A stretch of DNA of 63,754 nt, filler included, from Octopus bimaculoides (Eukaryota), in assembly GCF_001194135.2 (NCBI RefSeq). It is 3 parts of 3 records of this genome, joined end to end, with 100 filler letters (N's around TTAATTAATTAA, not from the genome) between each part and the next. Parts side by side here need not be neighbours in the genome. Positions count along the whole stretch, not along the records: positions 26,770 to 55,502 come from NC_068983.1; positions 55,603 to 63,754 come from NC_068984.1; 1 more part is not named here. One strand, written 5' to 3'. Position numbers and translations under genes: made by a program. Position 1 is the first letter of the stretch; the number at the start of each line of letters is the position of its first letter. Shown in pieces: positions 55,146 through 63,754 of this stretch. The notes beneath the pieces were generated by a model, which was not told where the DNA came from, did no database searches, and worked only from the letters and a program-made list of their open reading frames with translations.

Positions 55146-55354
55146 TCTTTTCTTTTTTTTATTTGTTTCAGTCATTGGACTACGGCCATGCTGGAGCACC
55201 ACCTTTAGTCGAACAAATCGATCTCAGGACTTATTCTTTGTAAGCCTAGTACTTATTCTATCGGTCTCTTTTGCCGAACCGCTAAGTTACAGGGACGTAA
55301 ACACACCTAGATTGGTTGTCAAGCGATAGTGGGGTGACAAACAGACACACAAAC
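55146..55354 (-). mobile_element. SINE family B, 3' half
   Basis: TTTCAGTCATTGGACTACGGCCATGCTGGAGCACC..GCCGAACCGCTAAGTTAC, near-identical to the reverse complement of 59300-59470. Confidence 0.88.
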
Positions 55355-55357
55355 CTA

Positions 55358-55402
<45 letters not shown>

Positions 55403-55502
55403 GATCTGGACGGATGCTAGTCGCATCGGCTCGCAAGTAAGTTGGCCTTTTATATGTCAAAAATTTTGCAGTTTTAAAATATTTTTTGTGGAAGAGGTGT
55501 AT
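55358..55502 (+). repeat. Unclassified repeat beginning in (TCTA)n and truncated by a scaffold join
   Basis: Homologous to the reverse complement of 26900-27000. Confidence 0.55.
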
Positions 55503-55602
55503 NNNNNNNNNNNNNNNNNNNNNNNNNNNNNNNNNNNNNNNNNNNNTTAATTAATTAANNNNNNNNNNNNNNNNNNNNNNNNNNNNNNNNNNNNNNNNNN
55601 NN
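55503..55602. other. Artificial 100-bp scaffold spacer (44 N + TTAATTAATTAA + 44 N)
   Basis: Same construct as 26670-26769. Confidence 0.95.
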
Positions 55603-55900
55603 CTCCTTCTTCTTCTTCTCCTCCTCCTCCTCCTCCTCCTTCTTCTTCTTCTTTTTCTTCTTCTCCTCCTCCTCCTCCGCCTCCAACTCCTTCTTCTATT
55701 CACCTTCTCTTTCATCTCCGTCCCTCTCTCTCTCCCTCCCTCCCTCCTTCATTTCTTTTCCTCTTCAATATTACCATTTCTTTTTTCTCATCCTTATTTC
55801 CCCTCTTCACCTTCTCCCCGCCATTCTTCAACTGCTTTCCTATCTTCATGTTTCATATCAACTTTATCTTCTCTGATTCTATTCCATCTTCTCCATTGTT
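55603..55900. repeat. Pyrimidine-rich (CCT/CTT) low-complexity tract
   Basis: Direct inspection. Confidence 0.85.
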
Positions 55901-56669
55901 TACTTTCTCGTTAGATTTTGAATTGCACTGCGTTTCTTCTTTCTGAAGTTTTCTTTCATTGAAGCTAATTATTATGCAATATATTCCTTACAAGACTGTT
56001 TGGCTTTGCCTTTTTAATTATTCAAAATCTTAAAGAGAAGCCGCTTCACAATTGTTGTACTTGTTTCGTTTTCTACCTGCCTCTATTTCCTTTTAAATAA
56101 TTAATTTATTTAAACAAATTTTTAAATAACTTCTTTTTTAATTTCAAGAGATTTTAAACTTTGGATCAATAATGAAATATCAGTTTGGAATCTCAAGAAT
56201 TCTGTTAAATTTGACTTACTATCACTTCACAAAACCAAAAATTTCTGTTAAAAAAAGTCATTATCCTAATTACTAAGATCACCTTTACAACACATAAATG
56301 TGCAATATCGTTAACGAGTGACATATCATTAGTCAGTATCTTCACTGGTGAGCATCTATCATTAAAATAACAGCTTTTGATTCTCAAAACTTTCTAGTTA
56401 CTCTCCACCTCTTTTGGGTCCTTCCCAAAATACATCACATCTTATTCTCCTCTTCCTCCCAAATCCTACACCCATCTTTATATCATATCAAGCATCAACT
56501 TGACATGCTATATAGAGTAGCCAAATTTGTCTCAAATTGAAGTCTACCATTTTAACCCCTTAGCATTCAAGCCAGCCATATCTGGTCCAAATACTCTAGC
56601 TGTTTTGTATTCACACTAGCCAGATCTCACGTCTAGCCTATAATGTCATTCTAAAAATAAACAATGAAT

Positions 56670-56815
56670 GGTTGGCGTTAGGAAGGGCATCCAGCTGTAG
56701 AAACTCTGCCAAATTAGATTGGAGCCTGGTGTTGCCATCCGGTTTCACCAGTCCTCAGTCAAATCGTCCAACCCATGCTAGCATGGAAAGCGGATGTTAA
56801 ACGATGATGATGATC
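56670..56815 (+). mobile_element. Family D element, 5'-truncated copy
   Basis: Near-identical to 57262-57408; (GAT)n tail. Confidence 0.8.
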
Positions 56816-56879
56816 ATCATCATCATTGAGATCTTGAAGTTATGAGATAATGGATATGCTGACCTCTCCTTCATTGAAC

Positions 56880-57408
56880 AATAAACTTGGCTTGTGAAGA
56901 CCTGTTGGGGCAAGTGAAATTGAAATTGTGATTGAACCAAATTCGATAACTGAAACCTGTACCAGTGGAGCACTAAGAGCACCGTCCAAGCGTGATCATT
57001 GCCAGAGCAGCTGTCTGGCTTCCATGCCAGTGGCACGTAAATAGCACCATTTCAGTGTGATCGTTACCAGCGTCACCTTACTGGCTCCTGTGCCGGTGGC
57101 ACGTGAAAAAACATTCAAGCGAGGTCGTTGCCAGTGCCGCTGGACTGGCTCCTGTGCAGGTGGCACGTAAAAAACACCATTTTGAGCATGGCCATTGCCA
57201 GTACCACCTGACTGGCCCTCGTGCCAGTGGCACGTAAAAGCACCCACTACACTCTCAGAGTGGTTGGCGTTAGGAAGGGCATCCAACTGTAGAAACTCTG
57301 CCAGATCAGATTGGAGCTTGGTGTAGCCATCTAGTTTCACCAGTCCTCAGTCAAATCGTCCAACTGATGCTAGCATGGAAGGCAGACGTTAAACAATGAT
57401 GATGATGT
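56880..57408 (+). mobile_element. Interspersed element family D with internal ~65-bp tandem hairpin array and (GAT)n tail
   Basis: Five units containing GTGCCRGTGGCAC, followed by GGTTGGCGTTAGGAAGGGCATCC..TCCAAC..GCTAGCATGGAA..GTTAAAC(GAT)n; the same 3' part recurs at 56670, 58545 and 60650. Confidence 0.75.
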
Positions 57409-58040
57409 GAATAAATTAGTATTATATTTGATAGAGTAACCTGAATGCTAAAGGGTTAAAGACTAAGATGAACCATCTTTTGGATAAAACAGTCCAAGGT
57501 ATAAGATGGGATTAGTTAAGGCTGGAATATTTTTGATCATGGATACAATCCTTCTCTCTAGACCAAACTAGAAAAAGAAATCACATATATTACAATTACT
57601 AACATAATTACACTATTACAAGGTTTGTTCATTTAGAGCATACCTATGTACATAGGTATGTGGTAGTGGTGATGGTGGTGGTGGTGGTGGTGGTGGTATG
57701 CCATCATCACATGATGTATGTGTAGGAGCATGTGTGTGTGTGTGTGCATTAAACAGATCCCGTCACACTATCTCACATGGATTCTGCATATGCATTACAT
57801 TAGGAGTTCATGTCTATGGAATACTCATCCACTTCCGTGTAATTTAAGAAGTAAATAATTCAGTCGGTCAGATAACATGATATTCATCACTGAAACCAAC
57901 AGAGAACCATTTACTTGTGTGTGTGTGTGTGTGTGTGTGTATCCGCCCATGTGTGTGTGTGTGTCCGCCCATGTGTGTCCGTGTTTGTGTGTGTCCATGT
58001 CTGTGTGTCCGTGTGTGTATTGATATCTTTTATTGTTTTT

Positions 58041-58403
58041 TATTTTATCTTTTACTGGTTTCAGTCATTAGACTGTTTGCCATGCTGGGGCACTGCCTTG
58101 AAGAACTTCTAATTGAATGAAATGACCCCAGTATTTATTCTTTTTTAAAGCCTGATGCTTATTCTATCATGCCCTCATACAGGGATGTAAACACACCAAC
58201 ACCGGTTGTCAGGGGGTGGGTGGCAAACACAGACGCAAACACACACAGGGCTCCTTTCAGTTTCCATCTATGAAATCCAGTCACAAGGCCTGTTTGGCCT
58301 GGGCTATAGTAGAAGACACTCCCCCAAGGTGTCACGCAGTGGGACTGAACTTGGAACCATGTGGTTGAGAAGCAAACTTCTTACCCCACAGCCACACCTA
58401 CAC
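58041..58403 (-). mobile_element. SINE family B, diverged
   Basis: Reverse complement aligns end to end with 59085-59491. Confidence 0.85.
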
Positions 58404-58543
58404 TTATATACACCTCCTTCATTACAACAAAAACCTCCTCAACCCTAACCTCTTCCTTTTTTTACCTTAACCCCTATCTAACATAAGGATGCGACACTCC
58501 ATCCCTTAGGCTTGTAGACTTGTGAGATACAAAGTCACCTCAA

Positions 58544-58765
58544 TAGTGCCAGTGGCATGAAAAAAAGCATCCAGTACACATTGTAAAATGGTCGGCCTCA
58601 GGAAGGGCATCCAGCCATACAAATGATGCCAAAGCAGACATTGGAGCTCGATGTAGTCCTTGGACTCATTGGATCCTTGTCAAACTGTCCAACCCATGCC
58701 AGTGTGGAACATGGATGTTAAATCATGGTGATGACAACAACAATGATGATGACGACGATGATGAC
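58544..58765 (+). mobile_element. Family D element, diverged copy
   Basis: GTGCCAGTGGCA..AGGAAGGGCATCCAGCC..GTCCAACCCATGCCAG..GGATGTTAAA followed by an ATG/ACG-rich tail. Confidence 0.7.
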
Positions 58766-59084
58766 GACAATAATGATAATGATATATGTAGATAAATATA
58801 TATATATTCATACACACATACATAAACAGGGAGAGACAGAGCTGGTGGTGTATAATATTTCTTCTAACACTATTACATCACGACTACATCACCTGCTTTT
58901 ATTTCTATGCGTATCACTTACTATCTTTACTTACCTAGCGAGCATGAGGTAATAAGCAGGTCTCCAGATGTGCATTTACTCATCCTGTTGAACATAGCAG
59001 CCAAGTCTTTTAAAATACATTTACTGTTTAAAAAAGAAAGGATACATTGCACAGTATAGTCCATGATATACAATAAAAAACAGT

Positions 59085-59254
59085 GCGCAGGAGTGGCTGT
59101 GTGGTAAGTAGCTTGCTTACCAACCACAAGTTTCCGGGTTCAGTCCCATTTCGTGGCACCTTGGGCAAGTGTCTTCTACTATAGCCTTGGGCCGACCAAA
59201 GCCTTGTGAGTGGATTTGGTAGACGGAAACTGAAAGAAGCCCGTCATATATATG

Positions 59255-59285
<31 letters not shown>

Positions 59286-59491
59286 ATATGTTTGTCCCCC
59301 AAACATCGCTTGACAACTGATGCTGGTGTGTTTATGTCCCCGTAACTTAGCGGTTCGGCAAAAGAGACCGATAGAATAAGTACTAGGTATCCAAAGAATA
59401 AGTCCTGGGGTCGATTTGCTCGACTAAAGGCAGTGCTCCAGCATGGCCGCAATCAAATGCCTGAAACAAGTAAAAGAGTAAAAGAGTAAAA
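59085..59491 (+). mobile_element. tRNA-derived SINE family B, full length
   Basis: GCAGGAGTGGCTGTGTGGTAAG (A box)..GGGTTCAGTCCC (B box)..CACCTTGGGCAAGTGTCTT, internal (TA)/(TG) tract, (AGTAAAAG)n tail. Confidence 0.9.
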
Positions 59492-59929
59492 CAGCGTCCT
59501 AAATGAATAGCTTTCATCAAAGATCTACTTGATCAGGATAGACCTTGGGTTAGACAAAACAAAAACAAAACATTTTCATTAATATGATGCACCTACATCT
59601 TCCTCAGCTCCTATACCTTACAGTGTTTCCTCTTCAAGATTCTATGGTAACCATTTTTGTCTAATTATGCCTCTCCCAGATCTTTGTCTCTCTGGAACAT
59701 AGAAAGATGTTGGAAGAGTCATGCTGCCAATCCTTATATCTATTCATTTTCTCATCAACCCAACATTTCTTTGCAGCATCAACATCTCATTTTACATTTA
59801 TTTTCAACAATATTTTTAATGTGTATTTTCTCATCTAGAATGTTCTGGAATGTAACTTGGACTAATAATAAAACTTGGCTTATTTAAATTCTAACCTCAA
59901 TATTAAATAAAATAAATAAATGCGCCTTT

Positions 59930-60160
59930 TTAAAGCCTAGCCAGGCTCATGGGCCCGATTCTATGGCGTATGTGTTCCCCAGCTAGATGGGACGCTAGTT
60001 CATCGCAGCATTACTCATTTTTGCCAGCTGAGTGGACTGGAGCAATGTGAAATAAAGTGTTTTGCTCAAGAACACAATGCATCGCCTGGTCCAGGAATCG
60101 AAACCGCAATCTTACGATCATGGTGCTGACACCCTAACCACTAAGTCACGCGCCTCCACA
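59930..60160 (-). mobile_element. SINE family C subtype with a V-domain-like central segment
   Basis: Head and core as in family C; CTGCGATGAACTAGCGTCCCATC resembles the V-SINE central motif (inference). Confidence 0.75.
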
Positions 60161-60351
60161 ACCTCAGTATTAGTGTTCAATTATTTGTCTACCTTTGAAT
60201 TTTAAGTTCTTCATCTCTATACTTTCTTAAGGGCATACCATTCTAAAATATGTACAATTTACAATTAAGGACCCATTCCACATAGCAAGATAGAGCCTGC
60301 AACCACACAATAATGAAGTGGACTTCTTTATCAGATGTAAGCTATCATCAT

Positions 60352-60600
60352 CATATGGCGTAGTGGTTAAGAGTGCGGGCTACTAACCCAAAGATTCCGA
60401 GTTCGATTGCAAGCAGTGATCTGAACACTAATAATAATAATACTAATAACATTGAAAAATACCTTAGGAATGAGAACCCATGTTCAAAATTTCCCCAAGA
60501 CACCTGATGAAGGCTGGAGGGTATACCAACCGAAATGTTGTGTTAACAACAAACAAGATGAGGACAAATATCTGTCGAATGTAAATAATGTAAATAATGT
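60352..60600 (+). mobile_element. tRNA-Ser-like headed SINE-type element containing a hammerhead-like motif
   Basis: A box TGGCGTAGTGG (60356-60366), anticodon-like arm GGG-CTACTAA-CCC, B box AGTTCGATTGC (60400-60410), (AAT)n linker, body with CTGATGA..CGAAA, tandem AATGTA tail; possible TSD TATCATCAT (60343-60351 / 60603-60611). Confidence 0.7.
60499..60544 (+). ncRNA. Minimal type I hammerhead ribozyme-like motif (mutated copy)
   Basis: GACAC-CTGATGA-A-GGCTG(10 nt)CAACC-GAA-ATGT-T-GTGTT: helix I 4 WC pairs + GU, intact core, helix II one mismatch, helix III ACGT decayed to ATGT. Confidence 0.6.
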
Positions 60601-60647
60601 ATTATCATCATTATCGTCACTCTTTAATATCTGTGTTCAGTACTAAG

Positions 60648-60795
60648 ATGGGTTGGACAGTTTGACATGATCTGACAAGCTTAAGGGCTGTGTTGGTCTC
60701 TAGTGTCTAATCTGACAAGGTTTTTATAGATGGATGCTCTTCCTAACTCTAACCACTTTATAGAGTGCACTGAGTGGTTTTTGTGTGGCACCACC
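60648..60795 (-). mobile_element. Family D element, diverged copy
   Basis: Reverse complement of the family D 3' part (GATGGGTTGGACAGTTTGAC..GGATGCTCTTCCTAAC..GTGGCAC). Confidence 0.6.
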
Positions 60796-60990
60796 ATTTT
60801 CAAGACAAGACCTCTTCTCAGAATAGGAGTGCAGTATTGAAGAAGGAGGCTTTGTATCTGGTGTAGAAGAGCTAAAATAGGAAAGTAGGACAAAAACAGA
60901 TATTATTTTTGTAATATCTATGCAGCCTTCAACTTTCTCAATCTAAAGGGGTTTTTTTAAATTCATCATTTATACATTATTATTTATAGC

Positions 60991-61276
60991 AGGCGCAGGA
61001 GTGGCTGTGTGGTAAGTAGCTTGCTTACCAACCACATGGTTCCGGGTTCCGTCCCACTGCGTGGCACCTTGCGCAAGTGTTTTCTACTATAGCTTCGAGC
61101 CGACCAAAGCCTTGTGAGTGGATTTGGTAGACGGAAACTGAAAGAAGCCCGTCATATATATGTATATGTGTGTGTGTGTGTGAGTGTGTGTGTGTGTTTG
61201 TGTGTCTGTGTTTTTCCCCCCAACATCGCTTGATATGCGACGCTTGACATGAGATGCTTGACATGCGATAGAATAA
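60991..61276 (+). mobile_element. SINE family B, 3' part rearranged or truncated
   Basis: High similarity to the 59085 copy up to CATCGCTTGA. Confidence 0.88.
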
Positions 61277-62089
61277 ATATACACCACCAGAAGTTGTTGT
61301 TGACAAACAACAGCAGTAATTTTATTCAGCTGAACACACGTCATTGATTGGTTAAAATTACCGAAATACGACAACTTTAACACGAAATAACTTTGAAAAT
61401 AGAAACTTTTCTTAACAACACTAAGAGTAAAAGATGTTTTATATGACACATTCTACCAGTGTCCGAAGTTTGAAAGTGTTTAGTTACAAAAAATTAATTT
61501 CTCGATCTGCACATTTATACACCCCCACACTATGTCATTATGAGTTTTCAATTGTCTGATCAGTTGAACAAGCAGGCTCATTGAAGTAGCATGGAAGTGG
61601 CTGAATATTCCACAGGCAAGTAATTCTCATGTGGAATCAGTATGATGCAGTGTGGTAAGACTGGACTGTTGAATTACGAGTACAATCCACCTGACAGGCT
61701 TCCATACAGTTTCCATTTGAGAGAGTTGGCTGCTATTTCCAATAAGTCGAACAGCAATATAAAGCTGCCTATATATAGGATAATATATGAGATAAATAAA
61801 GCTATTGATGACAAATGCAAAATCACGTAAACAAAAAATGCTAATGAATCTAAATTACCCTCTTAAATGAAGAAAGTAAACAAAGACTCAGTGGGGTTTC
61901 AGAAATTTCAATAAATTAGGAATTAGATATTCAACCGTTGAAAGACTTGTTATTTCATGGACGTAGTCAAGGTTTTAAACTGGAAAAGGAAGTTTTGTCA
62001 CTCATCTAAATGGATCCATTAGCATTCTATATCACAGGAAACACAAAATTAAAATAAATGTTATGTTATAATATTTGCATATAAGGACA

Positions 62090-62485
62090 TTGGATTGGCA
62101 GTGTTGTTAAAGCGTCGGAAAAATACTTTCCGGTATTTCATTTGGCTCTTTAAGTTCTGAGTTTTTAAGCCCCACCAAGGTCAACTTTGACTTACATCCC
62201 TCCTGGGTCGGTAAAATAAAGTATCAGTCAAGCACAAGGATCGATTAACATGCGTCAATATTACTGATCTCGTTCAAGGTGGCGAACTAGCAGAATCGTT
62301 AGCACGCCGGGCAAAATGCTTTGCAGCATTTCATCTGTCTTTACGTTCTGAGTTCAAATCCTGCCGAGGTCCACTTTGCCTTTCATCCCTTTCGTGGTCA
62401 ATAAAATAAGTACCAGTTGAGCACTGAGGTTGACTTAACCCCTTCCCCGAAATTGTTAGCCCTGTGTGTCAAAATTTGAAACCGA
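62090..62485 (+). mobile_element. Two tandem SINE family A copies (62090-62245 degenerate; 62276-62485)
   Basis: Both carry the head, B box and core in the same orientation. Confidence 0.8.
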
Positions 62486-63440
62486 CATTATTGACCTCGT
62501 ACCTAAATTAAGTAACAAGTAATTTTAATTGCATGGAGCTATGGGAAGAAAGTCGTCCAAGTACGTCGAATCTTCCTCCTCTGGTTATAGGGTTGCATTT
62601 GTAATAACTTTGAAAATATGTGACAAAGAGAAGGTCCGATGCAAAACTGTTTCCTTGACATCTGCTTGTGTCTCGGTGGTTGCTGAAATAGTTGTGGTTG
62701 ACGTATACCCGGAGGAGGTTGGATCCACCCACATCTGATTTTCTATTCATCGTAAAAAATGCGAATATCAGGTGTGTAGTGTTAAGGGTCATGTCATCAT
62801 TGTAGGAATGTGTTAGAAGTGACACAGACAAGTTTAATGTAATGAAGGCTAATCGCAGGAAGATTGAGAACGAAACATTGATGGTATGTACAGTCAACAA
62901 TAGACAATATAGATAATAGCATAACTGAGAGTACAGTCAAAAAATATACGCGCGCAAACACATGCATATACACATATACATACACATGTACGAATCAGTA
63001 CTTAAAAACGAGCTAACGATATAATCACTCCACTTGCTAGAAATAGCAGCCAAATTTCCTTTAGATGGACACTGCCTTCTTCAAAAAGAAAGGGACGTAT
63101 TGGGTAATGTAGTCCAAGCCACACTATTTTTGAGGTGAGAGACAGACAAAGAGAGGGATGAAAGAAAGGGGTCATAGTTTAATACTTTTTCTTCATCCTG
63201 GGTCTGTTTGAACACGGGGTCGATTCGGATCCAAACAACTACCACGCTTAAAATACCTTTTAATTTACTACTTCTAAATTAGCCTCTTCATTGTTTTTAT
63301 TAGAATTTGAATTAGTTTGTTCCTGTGCATGTGTTATTTGGGGAATTAAGACTACTTTCACTGTTCTGAAATTTCAAAGGCAGCCTTGTAAAAGCTATCA
63401 GCAGTTTGTGAAGTATTGCGACTTGCTGAAGAAATGTCAG

Positions 63441-63522
63441 CCAATCAGATGCTCGATATTTACTGACGTTATCGCATAGCAATGACGTCAGACGACTATA
63501 CGAGTTCTTTACGATTGCCAAT
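63441..63522. promoter_or_regulatory. Candidate CRE/CCAAT promoter or enhancer cluster
   Basis: CCAAT 63441, TGACG 63464, full CRE TGACGTCA 63483-63490, CCAAT 63518, all within about 80 bp of unique sequence. Confidence 0.35.
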
Positions 63523-63714
63523 GTGCTAGAAGGTTTCTGTAACACCAAAATAAAAAGTTTGGGTGGAGAGAAAAAAACAAACAAAAAAACTTTGCCAAAT
63601 ATTTAACAATTGAAAGTCAGACAAATAGACTGATGGCCTGGCAAATAGACACATAGGTAGATTACCTATTGAATATATTATAAGTGTGCATGCATGTGTA
63701 CATGTACATATGCG

Positions 63715-63750
<36 letters not shown>

Positions 63751-63754
63751 TATA

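Larger units (their letters stand above)
56552..57459. mobile_element. piggyBac-type non-autonomous element (TTAA ends) carrying nested insertions
   Basis: TTAA-CCCCTTAGCATTCA at the left end and TGAATGCTAAAGGG-TTAA at the right end: TIR with one mismatch, CCC/GGG termini and TTAA target duplication. Confidence 0.8.

Noticed and set aside
56740-56762. Minus-strand CTGAGGA..GAAAC in family D
   Set aside because: No helix II can form between the two boxes.
56960-57240. CRISPR-like palindromic repeats with spacers; also tried as an HDV-like ribozyme
   Set aside because: The spacers are homologous to each other, there are no cas genes and the context is eukaryotic. An HDV fold fails (no P1.1 GG, no P2 closure).
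60352-60415. Functional tRNA gene
   Set aside because: No acceptor stem pairing, degenerate T-stem and no Pol III terminator after the head; it is an element head. The same applies to SINE A, B and C heads.

Overview
Eukaryotic, AT-rich, microsatellite-saturated non-coding DNA (intergenic or deep intronic). The repeat repertoire points to an octopus genome (inference from recognisable tRNA-derived cephalopod SINE families; no search was run). The assembly is gappy: about 16 N-runs, nearly all flanked by (TA)n, (CA)n or (GA)n. Two are 100-bp scaffold spacers containing the artificial six-frame-stop linker TTAATTAATTAA (26714-26725, 55547-55558), so the window joins at least three scaffolds. 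No intact protein-coding gene is recognisable, and almost all ORF-track entries are microsatellite or gap read-through. Supportable content: more than 25 SINE copies of at least four families, four R4/Dong-like (RT-RLE) LINE fragments, one RTE 3' fragment, two mariner transposase relics, a mariner-type MITE, a TTAA piggyBac-type MITE with nested insertions, and Penelope-like remnants. The most interesting signal is three unrelated minimal type I hammerhead-ribozyme folds with loopless palindromic helix III (43904-43940 +, 45627-45674 -, 60499-60544 +). One of them lies inside a roughly 250-bp element with a tRNA-Ser-like Pol III head, i.e. a candidate ribozyme-carrying SINE/retrozyme-like family. 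Each copy has core or stem substitutions, so activity is unproven. Weaker leads are a possible short coding exon (2337-2437), CRE/CCAAT/ETS/X-box clusters and a C/D-box-like motif set.
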